NCBI GenBank assembly: GCA_021845665.1
Contig: JAJZVO010000005.1
Location: forward strand, 17,422 to 81,421
Length of the DNA stretch: 64,000 bases
Source: Bacteroidota bacterium
GTDB lineage: Bacteria > Bacteroidota > Ignavibacteria > Kryptoniales > JAKASW01
Direction of reading: 5' to 3'
Below are positions 8,798 through 17,743 of this stretch, piece after piece; position 1 is the stretch's first letter, and each line of letters opens with the position of its first letter. A program made the translations under genes and the position numbers. The notes beneath the pieces were generated by a model. That model made no database searches. It had not been told where the DNA came from and saw only the letters and a program-made list of their open reading frames with translations.

Positions 8798-11700
8798 TTA
8801 TTTGATTAACATCATTTTGTCCATGTGGACGTAACTCCCAGCGACCATCCTGACGAAATAGACGCCGCTAGCGTAGCTGTCCATATTGAACGATAACCGG
8901 TACACTCCGGCAGATTCTTTGGCGTTGACCAAAGTTGCGACTTCCTGACCGAGAACGTTGTAGACCTTCACCGTTACGTTCACCGCCTTCGGCAACTGGT
9001 ATTCGATAGTCGTCGACGGGTTGAACGGATTCGGATAGTTCTGCAGCAGGGCGAATGTCCTCGGAATGTTCGAGGACGGGTTGCTGGCCACTGCGGTTAG
9101 TGTGGTATCCGAGCTAACCGGCGGAGCCAACTCCGCCTGCACATTCGTGATGTCCAGCCCGGTCGTCGCGTTTCCACCCTGCAGGCCGAAGATCAACGAA
9201 TTGAATGCGGTCGCTGAAAGCGGGCTGTGCGAATCCATGATCGAAGCTGTCCAAACGTAACTGCTGTCGGGTTTGTACAGAGTCGCGCCGACAAGCTGTG
9301 ATCCGTTCCCTTCCGGAGCCACGGATATTGCAAATACGTAATTGCCAGTGTCAATTACCGCGCCCATCGGGGACTGATGCACGGCGGCCATCACATAGCT
9401 TCCTTTTCCGTTCGTGCTTTCCCACGGCTGGCTGACGACGGCACCGGCGTTGCCTTGCTCGGAATTCGTTACCTGCCAAATCGGCGACTGGGCGTTGCCA
9501 CTCGGCGGGATAAACAAGTAGCCGTTGTCCATATCGTTTGCGCCTGTCCACTGATAACCGACGGTCTGTGTGGAGTCGAGGTTACCCATGCTCGTATTGT
9601 ATAGACCGAAACTAAAGGAATTCGCTGCTTGGATGGGGCCACCGACGACCGCCAGATCACCGGTGATGTACAGGGTCGAATCCTTACCGTTGCGTCCCGA
9701 GGTAGGCGTAACGAGCGCGCCGAGGACCGCTGCGTGCTGGAAGTTCGGAATCTTCGAAGCACCGGAGATTGTGGTGTTACCGATTATCGAGCCGGGGGTC
9801 AGAGTCCAGCCGCCGGTGTTCTTTCCATAAATGCCCCACTCGCTTATGTAGTAATTGGACCAAGGCTCCTCGGGGATGCTTATGTCCGGACCGAGACTGT
9901 CGACCACGTCGGAGAAGATCATTCCGGTCATCTTTGGACCGCCTTCGACGCCGAACTCGATGGAGTTCAACGTGTCCGACCTAGTCTGAGAGGTGGTGTC
10001 TGTAAGGGTGGCAGCGTCCCAGTAAACGATTTGACCTGACGAGTTCTTCTGGATCAGGTAGTAACTGACCAGTTTTGAGCCGTTGGCCTGCGGATGAACT
10101 GAGAAAGCGAAATCATAGGTGTTGGTTCCCGTGGGCATAGCGGCCCGTGCCGGTGCCTGCTGGACCACATACGGGCCGAAGCCGACTGCACCGCCGTAAC
10201 TGCTGAGCCAGTCTCCACCCATAACTATCCACTGCGCTGCACCAGAACCGCCGAACGAATATGAGGACGGGAGTTCATCCGTACCGGACTGAGGTGAGAA
10301 CGTGTAGCCATAAGAGGCTGTGCTCTGTCCTTTCCAGTACGCAGAGTCACCGCTCGCGCCAGTAAGGACACCGGGGGTCAGAGTGTTGTAAATTCCGTAC
10401 CGCATTCCGCTGGGAACATCGGGACCTTCGCCGACGAAGGTCACTTTACCGGAAACAACTATGGCTCCGCTGGGGGCAGTAGTGCCGACAAGGGGATGCT
10501 TGAAGGCTCCACGGATGCCTGCCCAGGCTTTAACGACACCGCCGTTGAAGTTGGCGGAATCGCCGTTGTCGGTCACATTAAGAATCCATCCCGGAGCGTT
10601 CCAACTCGGGTCGATACCCCACAATGTCAGTGGGCTTGCTGTTGAGGTGTTCTGGACGAGCTGGACATTCTGGGCGTACCAGATAGTCCTAAGACCTGAG
10701 GAAGAGCCGCTAGCGTTGATGCCGAAAGTAATATAAACCGTATCAGTCATGGAAAAGCTCCCGTTAATCGGGATGCTGATGTTTTCCCACCCGGTAGAAG
10801 CGGTTTGAGAGGAGCGATAATAGCTGCCGATGGTGTAGTTAGTGTCTGCACCATTGTCAAACGGACCAGATGGCATCGTACTGGTAGCCTTCACAAGGAA
10901 GGTCTTCTGGCTCACATCGCCTTGTGCCATAAATAGTTGGAAATTGAAACTGTTGTAGTCGGCCATTGTTTTCCCCGCAGGGAGGACAACCTCGAGAAAA
11001 GGAGCCGAATTATAGTTTCTGTTGATGAATTTGAGTATATGGTTGGTCGGCGCATTGTCCTTGTTAATGGTGTCCTGAACGACGACAGCCGCCGCGTTTC
11101 CAGAGCCCCAGCTCATTACATTTAGCGAATCTCCGAGGCTGTCAGCTTTGAAGTTCCAGAGTTCGTTATTTCCGCTTGCGATCGCCATTGGAGTTCCCAT
11201 CGCATAGCCATGGGCTGCCACATTGCCGACGTAGAGATACTTCGACGTGCTGGTAGTGCTGGTCGAGAGCCAGGGATACACTCTAACGTAAAGGGTATCG
11301 CCAGCATTCAGGACCGTGTCCAACGCGAAGCTTGTGTCCATCACTGCGTCCTGGGGAAGCGGGGATATCTCTCCGAGCATTGTGGAATCCGCGAAACTGC
11401 TCTTGCCGGAATAAAAGACGGCTGCATTCATCTTGTTTATTCCTTTTGCTCCTATCAGCATCGATATTGAATCCAGGTGCATGCTGAAACCCATCTGAGC
11501 TGTGACCATGAACTGCACATACTGGGCGGAATCCGGCCCGGTCAGATTGAACCATGTTCCGGTTCCCGACGTTGTGCTTGTTGCCGCATTGGGGAGCAGC
11601 TTCTGAATGGGCGACGTCGCCCCGGTGGGCAGGGGCGCCGATGTCCCTCCAGACTGATAGTCTGCGGTCAAGCCGGCTACGGCTTCCGTGTCTGCAGTTA

Positions 11701-11833
11701 CGTTGCTCATGACCATCACGCTCGTGGTGCTATCGAGTGGCCAGGTGGCCAATGTCGTCTGCCCAAACGATAACCCGGCAGTGATCAGGACCATGGTAAC
11801 TGCTGTTAGAAGTGAACTTAAAAACGATTTCAT
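8798..11833 (-). CDS. Large secreted surface protein with T9SS (Por) type-A C-terminal sorting domain; function unknown, candidate glycan-binding protein
   Basis: The likely start is ATG 11833, preceded by GGAGG, with signal peptide MKSFLSSLLTAVTMVLITAGLSFG. The C-terminus NYPNPFNPSTTIEYQL..VYNVLGQEVATLV..GVYFVRM is a TIGR04183-type tail. The protein is rich in S/T/G and contains an internal duplication of about 250 aa. Confidence 0.75.
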   Translation of the reverse strand: MKSFLSSLLTAVTMVLITAGLSFGQTTLATWPLDSTTSVMVMSNVTADTEAVAGLTADYQSGGTSAPLPTGATSPIQKLLPNAATSTTSGTGTWFNLTGPDSAQYVQFMVTAQMGFSMHLDSISMLIGAKGINKMNAAVFYSGKSSFADSTMLGEISPLPQDAVMDTSFALDTVLNAGDTLYVRVYPWLSTSTTSTSKYLYVGNVAAHGYAMGTPMAIASGNNELWNFKADSLGDSLNVMSWGSGNAAAVVVQDTINKDNAPTNHILKFINRNYNSAPFLEVVLPAGKTMADYNSFNFQLFMAQGDVSQKTFLVKATSTMPSGPFDNGADTNYTIGSYYRSSQTASTGWENISIPINGSFSMTDTVYITFGINASGSSSGLRTIWYAQNVQLVQNTSTASPLTLWGIDPSWNAPGWILNVTDNGDSANFNGGVVKAWAGIRGAFKHPLVGTTAPSGAIVVSGKVTFVGEGPDVPSGMRYGIYNTLTPGVLTGASGDSAYWKGQSTASYGYTFSPQSGTDELPSSYSFGGSGAAQWIVMGGDWLSSYGGAVGFGPYVVQQAPARAAMPTGTNTYDFAFSVHPQANGSKLVSYYLIQKNSSGQIVYWDAATLTDTTSQTRSDTLNSIEFGVEGGPKMTGMIFSDVVDSLGPDISIPEEPWSNYYISEWGIYGKNTGGWTLTPGSIIGNTTISGASKIPNFQHAAVLGALVTPTSGRNGKDSTLYITGDLAVVGGPIQAANSFSFGLYNTSMGNLDSTQTVGYQWTGANDMDNGYLFIPPSGNAQSPIWQVTNSEQGNAGAVVSQPWESTNGKGSYVMAAVHQSPMGAVIDTGNYVFAISVAPEGNGSQLVGATLYKPDSSYVWTASIMDSHSPLSATAFNSLIFGLQGGNATTGLDITNVQAELAPPVSSDTTLTAVASNPSSNIPRTFALLQNYPNPFNPSTTIEYQLPKAVNVTVKVYNVLGQEVATLVNAKESAGVYRLSFNMDSYASGVYFVRMVAGSYVHMDKMMLIK

Positions 11834-12022
11834 TGTTCCTCCGAAGTTAATGTTGTGTTTACTACAATCGAGAAGAAGCCCGGTTTCCCCGAACCGTGTG
11901 GGTTGTACCAGGCCCAGACCAAACACAAGTCAGCAACAACTTCTCTCTACACCCGAGAGTAGGAAAGAGTTGCTCATCGTTATGTAACCTTGTTTCGTAC
12001 CACCTCCCTATAATTAGTGAAA

Positions 12023-12051
12023 GTGTAACTCGCTTCCGCAGCGAGTTACAC
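12023..12051 (-). terminator. Perfect 11-bp stem hairpin downstream of the beta-helix protein gene (terminator or attenuator candidate)
   Basis: GTGTAACTCGC-TTCCGCA-GCGAGTTACAC lies 13 nt past the stop at 12064. Only a short, interrupted T tract follows on the minus strand. Confidence 0.45.
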
Positions 12052-12063
12052 TTCACGACTTGT

Positions 12064-13932
12064 TTACTTCAAAAGCACAAGCTTCCTGGTTATTGAAACG
12101 CTGCCTGCCTGCAGGCGATAGAAATAGACTCCGCTTGCAAGATCGTTTCCGTTGAATGTCGCCGAATAATTGCCGGGTTGTTGCACACCGGAAACCAGCG
12201 TGGCAACTTTTTGACCCAGGACATTATAGACCGTAAGCGTAACCATCGCTCGCTTCGCTACGGAGTAATCGATCTGTGTAGTCGGGTTGAAAGGATTCGG
12301 ATAGTTCTGGCTCAACTTGAAAGTTGACGGAAGCGAGCTCCCGGGTTGCGGCGCTACCGCAGTTACAATCCCGGTCATGTCGCCGGTCATCTCAGCATTT
12401 GCGAGCAGCGTGTTTTCGGAAGACTCCTGGGCCTTCCATTGAGCATAATAGTCCGTCGTCCCGTTGCTTCCGTTCCACCAGTGATACAAGTCGCCCAACG
12501 GCAGTCCGTCGGTTCCGGCATGCATCAGTGTATCATTGGTGTAAGCCAGGTTTCCGGGGAGAGGCCATATCTGGTTGAGATCGCTGTCGGGATCGAACGC
12601 CCAATCGGCATTGTTGTCGGCACTCCAGTGATCGTAGAGATATGCCTCGGCGGAATCCACGTTCGTCAAAGGAGTAATGAAATCTGGATTGACGCCGTCG
12701 TAACGTCTGACGTTGGCCAGGTTCATTGTTGGAAATGCCTTTCCTCCGGTGCTTAAGGTGTCTGTGAAAAAATGCATCGTCGAGGCAATGATCTCCGTAT
12801 CGGGTTGGGGGACCTCGTCATTTAGCCTGTTTGAAATAAGACCCTGGCTGTAAGGGTTGTTCGTCATGTAGTTCAGGAGCCACGGCTCATAACAATAACT
12901 CGAGTTGACGAACAGGATGTGCCGCTGTTGGTCCGTGAACGGAACTGAGAATCCGAAGGTCGATACGCTGTCGATTGAAAATGCGCCGCTGGTCCCGCCT
13001 GCGGTGTCTTCGGCGGCATATTCTCCGAACATCCAGGGATTATCAAAAACGCAGTTCGCAACCACCAGGTTTTTCCACCAGCCGGATTCGAGAGGATACA
13101 TCATGATGTTTTCGAAAGTGCAGTGGTTGAACCAGACGTTGTTGCTGTATTCGGCACCTTCCTGCATCAACACATATCCCATATTGGCAAATGTGCAGTT
13201 GGTGAACGAAACGCTGTCAGTCTGCCAGCCGGTCGAATTGTACGGGAACGAGACCGCTCTTCCGTAATACCGGAGGTGGGTATCGATATCGTTTCTGAAG
13301 AAGCAGTTCGTGAAGGTTCCCTTGAAGTCCTTGGCCGTGACGGTCACAGCTCCGCCGCCGTTGCTCGCGACCGGGCAGTAGTCGAAAATCACATCGTCGA
13401 AGGTTCCGTGTTCGCCGACGCCGGAGAGGTCTGCGAGGGAATCATCTTCGATCTCCAGTGCGGAACCTACCTGAGTTCCTTCCGCCTGGTTGTTGGTCGT
13501 AGCATACAGCAGCCAGATGTTTTTCAAATAGATATTCCCGAAACAATCGAAGTTGAAGTTCTCGGTCACATTCCCCGTGGAAGTCCAGAGTATCATCGGG
13601 AGAGAGCCGGCTTGAGTGTTGCCGGGTTCCGGCCCGACGACGTTGAGAGTTTCTCCGGCAGGAATACTAATTGTGCCTGTCAGAACATATTGATCGTTGG
13701 CAAGCAACTTGAAGACCGTATTCGACAAATTATTCGTGTGATTCACCGAATCGGCATGCTCTACGACGCTGATGGAATCGTTGAGGGTCCCTTCCACGCC
13801 GTTCGGATTAGCCGTACTGATCGTGGCAAAGAGGCCCGGGACTGTCACCGTGTCCATGGCGGCAGACTGCGCAAACACCGACGCGGGAATCATAGCTGCC
13901 GTAAAGAGCAGCAGGTAGATAACCCTTTTCAT
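12064..13932 (-). CDS. Secreted right-handed beta-helix-like protein with T9SS type-A C-terminal sorting domain
   Basis: The likely start is ATG 13932, with signal peptide MKRVIYLLLFTAAMIPASVFA. Repeated NC(T/F)F.N turns (TNCFFRND, FTNCTFANMG, NHCTFENIMM, VANCVFDNPW) suggest parallel beta-helix coils. The C-terminus is NYPNPFNPTTQIDY..VYNVLGQKVATLV..GVYFYRL. Confidence 0.72.
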   Translation of the reverse strand: MKRVIYLLLFTAAMIPASVFAQSAAMDTVTVPGLFATISTANPNGVEGTLNDSISVVEHADSVNHTNNLSNTVFKLLANDQYVLTGTISIPAGETLNVVGPEPGNTQAGSLPMILWTSTGNVTENFNFDCFGNIYLKNIWLLYATTNNQAEGTQVGSALEIEDDSLADLSGVGEHGTFDDVIFDYCPVASNGGGAVTVTAKDFKGTFTNCFFRNDIDTHLRYYGRAVSFPYNSTGWQTDSVSFTNCTFANMGYVLMQEGAEYSNNVWFNHCTFENIMMYPLESGWWKNLVVANCVFDNPWMFGEYAAEDTAGGTSGAFSIDSVSTFGFSVPFTDQQRHILFVNSSYCYEPWLLNYMTNNPYSQGLISNRLNDEVPQPDTEIIASTMHFFTDTLSTGGKAFPTMNLANVRRYDGVNPDFITPLTNVDSAEAYLYDHWSADNNADWAFDPDSDLNQIWPLPGNLAYTNDTLMHAGTDGLPLGDLYHWWNGSNGTTDYYAQWKAQESSENTLLANAEMTGDMTGIVTAVAPQPGSSLPSTFKLSQNYPNPFNPTTQIDYSVAKRAMVTLTVYNVLGQKVATLVSGVQQPGNYSATFNGNDLASGVYFYRLQAGSVSITRKLVLLK

Positions 13933-14019
13933 TTTTCGTTTCTCCTCTTGGTTTGGTTGCCGAAGGAATCGCTTCGGCATGTTTGTGAAAATTTTTGAAA
14001 ACACATTTGCTCCAATCTC

Positions 14020-17000
14020 CTATAGTTGATACCGGACACCGAGATCTGCAGTGAGACCGTAGTTCACTTCGTTCGTGAAACCGCCTATGGACGGTTGAGC
14101 GGATCTGTCGAATTCGTCGTTTATGTTGCTTGCATCGAAATAGACCTGCAGCCCTTTCCACGGGAGGTCCTGCCTGACCTGTGCATCGATCCTGAAGTAG
14201 TTTTCGGTATAACCGTCCGCTACGGGATAATTCGATACGTAGCTGACGGAATTTCCCTGGAACAGGAAGGAAACTCTGGCTGCGAATCCTTCGTAATCAT
14301 ACCCAACGTATGCGTTCATTATATTGTTGGGCTGGTCGATCAGCCGTCCCGCAACTGAAGTATCCACGATGGCGATGGACCGGAGATGTGTGGTCGCGTT
14401 CACGAGAGTCACCTGGTCGATCACCGGATATCTGGCTGACGACGAGATTAAGGTGTAGTTAATGCCGGCGAGCAAACCGCTAAACGCACCGGGCAGGTAC
14501 CAGAAACGGGTCTCGAATTGAAAGCCGAGGCCTTTTACGTAAGCCAGATACTTGCTGTTCACATCTGTGTAGAAAATCGCGCCCTCGTTCGGTGTCACGC
14601 CTGTGACGTTGAATTTCGGGTTGGTATAACCCAGGAATCCGGGAGGCGGTGTGGCGAGGAGCGGGTACTGCGTGCCGTAGACAAAGTTCTTCAGGGTCTT
14701 GTAGAAACCATCCACTGAAAAGAGGCCCAGACTACTGCTGTACGCGGTAAGTATAAGGTCGTTATTGTAAGCCTGGCCCGGAGTAAGATATGGATTGGCT
14801 CCGTAAACTTGTTGCCGTGTGTAGCCCATGACGATATGCGGCGACAGGTCGGAGTAAGCCGGGCGTGCAAGTGTTTGAGTGTATGCAAAACGGAGGTTGA
14901 GCCAGTTCGTTATGTCGAACTTCGCCTGTACCATTGGAAGCCAGTAGTGATTCTGAGGATAGGCGGTCACCGTGTCTACGGGCTGAATCTTCGGATTGCG
15001 GGAGTCGACCATGTTGAACGCCTGGTACAATCCCTTATCCTGCTCAAAGCGTGCGCCTCCGACCACCATTAGAGGTCCTGCGTTTACCTGGGCCATCGCG
15101 TAGGCTGCATAGTACCTGTCGACATATTTGTAGTTATTCGCCAGGGTCTGATAAAGTCCGTCAAACCATCCGCCTGGCTGCGCGGAACTGAACAGTGGAC
15201 CACTTGCACTGAATAATGGATTAGAGGCGATATAGTTGACGATGCTGTTCATCAAACCGGAATTTGCCGCCCAATAGAAGGGACCGAATTCGTTGTTCAG
15301 GAAAGAACTGTACAAACTCGAATTGGTCGAGGTGAAGCTGGTTGCAGGGAACTTCCCCGCGGCGGAATCGAAAACGGCGTTAAATGTACGCGCGACGCCG
15401 GCCGTCATCGAGTCGGAAATAGCCACTCCGTTCGTCATAGTGGCGTACGGAGTATTCTGTGCATTCGTGATATAGTTGTAGTCATACTCTCCACCGAACT
15501 TGAAGTACCCGGAGACATCCGGTCCTGCAGTAAGAGGGATCTTGAAATCCGCCTTGTAGTGCTGCTTGTTTTCTTTGTAATCGGAGCTGAACAAATTGAC
15601 CGTCGTCAGATAATTCTGGGACGGGCCGAAATACGTATCCAGGCCGGTGAGATTCTGTGGCAGGACGTCCGCACCTACTCCTCCCGGCGCAACTCCTCCG
15701 GTCTGGTTGAATTGGAAATTCGGCTCCGGAGGAAGTAGATTCCGCGAATAAGTATTTGCAGCGAGCAGGTCCGCGGTCATGAATCCGAAATTGTTTTGCC
15801 ACTCCAGCGAGTTGACCGCTTCTGTAACCGAGTTTTTTGAATTGGAGTAGCTGAAATCCATGGGATGATTCTGATAATCGAGCTCCTGAGTATAGTCCTG
15901 AGCATTCGATGCCAGTTCACTGTACATGTTGACCGACCTGATAAGCCCGTCTGGGAGCTTGTAGTCGAGGATAGCGTTTGCACCATACCGGTTCCTGGTT
16001 TCAATGTGGCGGTCGAACGTAACATTCAGGACTTCCACCGGGGGATATCCGGTAGTAAAACCCGACTGAGTGGCCACACCGTAGCTGGCGTTCATGATGT
16101 CAGCATTTCGGTTGTAAGACTCGGCATCACCGAGGACATAGACTCCGAGCATATTATTGAAAAACCGGTCGCTCATCGACGCCACCGCCCTGTAGTTCCC
16201 GTAGGTGTTGGCCTTCTGACCGTACCCCGACTGCCAGAGGAGGTTGGTATGAAATCCCCGGGGAGCTTCCCTGAGCTGCATGTTTACAAATCCGCCTACG
16301 GCGTTTGCGTTCATGTCCGGCAGCAGGTCTTTGTAAACTTCAATCGTCTTGATCATATAAGGCGACACCATGGCGAGGTCGACGCTTCTGTCGTTGCTGA
16401 CTCCACCGGCTGTGAATCCCTGTGAGCTGACGCCTATCTGGTCGCTCCCGGTCGACGCCATAGTGACTCCGTTGACGGCTACCTCGTTGTACTGAGGCTG
16501 TATTCCGTTGATGACAACCTTCTGTGCCTCTCCGTCGCTGCGGGTGACAGATACTCCGGGCAGGCGGCCGATTGCGCCGGCGGCATTGAAGTCGGGCAGC
16601 GCCTGAATTTTTGCCGACGATACTATGTTGACGATCTTATTCGAAGCCAACTGCTCGTTGATTGCCTGCATCTGGCCTTCAGCCTGCGCTGTAACGACGA
16701 CGACCTTACCCTGAACCGCCGTGGCAGTAAGGTAAAAGTCCTTGGTGATCGTTTGGTTAGCAGGCACGTCCATTTTCTCGCTGGATGGGGAGTAACCGAC
16801 ATACTGCACTACTACGGTCTGCTCCCCTGATGGAACGTTGTGTATGACGAATCCGCCGTTGAGATCGGTCGATGCGCCGATGCTTGTCCCTTTGACGAGC
16901 ACCGTTGCACCCGGAAGGGCCTGCTTGGTTTCTTTATCGAACACCCTTCCTTGAAGTGTCGCGGACCCGGCTGCGAAAACCGTTTGAGCGGCGATGAATA

Positions 17001-17058
17001 TTACCAGACCTGTCGCGATCTGAAGTCTTGTGAGCAATTGCCTGAACAGCTTTGGCAT
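14020..17058 (-). CDS. TonB-dependent outer-membrane receptor with N-terminal carboxypeptidase-regulatory-like domain (SusC-like architecture)
   Basis: 1012 aa with a signal peptide. The CarbopepD_reg-like segment is LQGRVFDKETKQALPGATVLVKGTSIGASTDLNGGFVIHNVP, followed by a plug region (GRLPGVSVTRSDGE) and a long beta-barrel with alternating aromatic/Gly strands ending in GVRYQL. Confidence 0.9.
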   Translation of the reverse strand: MPKLFRQLLTRLQIATGLVIFIAAQTVFAAGSATLQGRVFDKETKQALPGATVLVKGTSIGASTDLNGGFVIHNVPSGEQTVVVQYVGYSPSSEKMDVPANQTITKDFYLTATAVQGKVVVVTAQAEGQMQAINEQLASNKIVNIVSSAKIQALPDFNAAGAIGRLPGVSVTRSDGEAQKVVINGIQPQYNEVAVNGVTMASTGSDQIGVSSQGFTAGGVSNDRSVDLAMVSPYMIKTIEVYKDLLPDMNANAVGGFVNMQLREAPRGFHTNLLWQSGYGQKANTYGNYRAVASMSDRFFNNMLGVYVLGDAESYNRNADIMNASYGVATQSGFTTGYPPVEVLNVTFDRHIETRNRYGANAILDYKLPDGLIRSVNMYSELASNAQDYTQELDYQNHPMDFSYSNSKNSVTEAVNSLEWQNNFGFMTADLLAANTYSRNLLPPEPNFQFNQTGGVAPGGVGADVLPQNLTGLDTYFGPSQNYLTTVNLFSSDYKENKQHYKADFKIPLTAGPDVSGYFKFGGEYDYNYITNAQNTPYATMTNGVAISDSMTAGVARTFNAVFDSAAGKFPATSFTSTNSSLYSSFLNNEFGPFYWAANSGLMNSIVNYIASNPLFSASGPLFSSAQPGGWFDGLYQTLANNYKYVDRYYAAYAMAQVNAGPLMVVGGARFEQDKGLYQAFNMVDSRNPKIQPVDTVTAYPQNHYWLPMVQAKFDITNWLNLRFAYTQTLARPAYSDLSPHIVMGYTRQQVYGANPYLTPGQAYNNDLILTAYSSSLGLFSVDGFYKTLKNFVYGTQYPLLATPPPGFLGYTNPKFNVTGVTPNEGAIFYTDVNSKYLAYVKGLGFQFETRFWYLPGAFSGLLAGINYTLISSSARYPVIDQVTLVNATTHLRSIAIVDTSVAGRLIDQPNNIMNAYVGYDYEGFAARVSFLFQGNSVSYVSNYPVADGYTENYFRIDAQVRQDLPWKGLQVYFDASNINDEFDRSAQPSIGGFTNEVNYGLTADLGVRYQL

Positions 17059-17743
17059 GTGCTTCTCCCTTTTTTGAATTGTAAAACAAACAACTTAGGT
17101 CAAAATCAAATTCTGATGTACCCGGCAGCGTAACTTCATAAAACGGCGCCGATGTTGCTGAATCTTAATTCAAGCCTCAATCAAATCTCGTGCAGCCTTT
17201 CCTTTCGTCATGTGTTTTCATAAATCGCACTCGCCTGTACCTCGACGCCACGGAGAAAGAATCAGCCCTTCCATTTCCCGGCTGAGATATATTACGAGGA
17301 TCTATTTGCCTGCGACAAAAAAGTGCCCGCCGCATCGACTCCGAACAGTTCAAAAGGGTGAGATGCGTATGGTGAGAAATTTCAAAGGGAGGGGTTTTAT
17401 CGTCATTCTCCCGGTCAGCCGTGGGGAGGTCTTTTTGCTCGATCATCGAAGCGACAAGGCAATCCGTGCCGTGGCCTTGGCCCAATAAAGCGGCGACAAC
17501 GGATTTGCTCTCCGCTGCCATGGTGCCGTCCATCCTTCGGGGAAAACCCGCCGGGGTTTGCGGATTAAAGAATCGCGGTAAACTTCTCCAAAGGACCGGT
17601 CCGGCTGTCTTTTCCGTGAATGTGGTGCTTGGACCTGTTGCGTGTTGCAGATGCATCGTACTTGCTGCTGCTCCATTTAGTTGGTGCGCTGTCGAATTCA
17701 ATCACGCACAATGGTGCACATATAATATTTATTTCCATGAAGG

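Noticed and set aside
17177-17701. 174-aa minus-strand ORF filling the gap between the transporter and the receptor, considered as a real gene
   Set aside because: It has no RBS, signal peptide, TM segment or recognisable domain, and its third-position composition is mixed, unlike neighbouring genes. I keep it only as a question under the gap finding.
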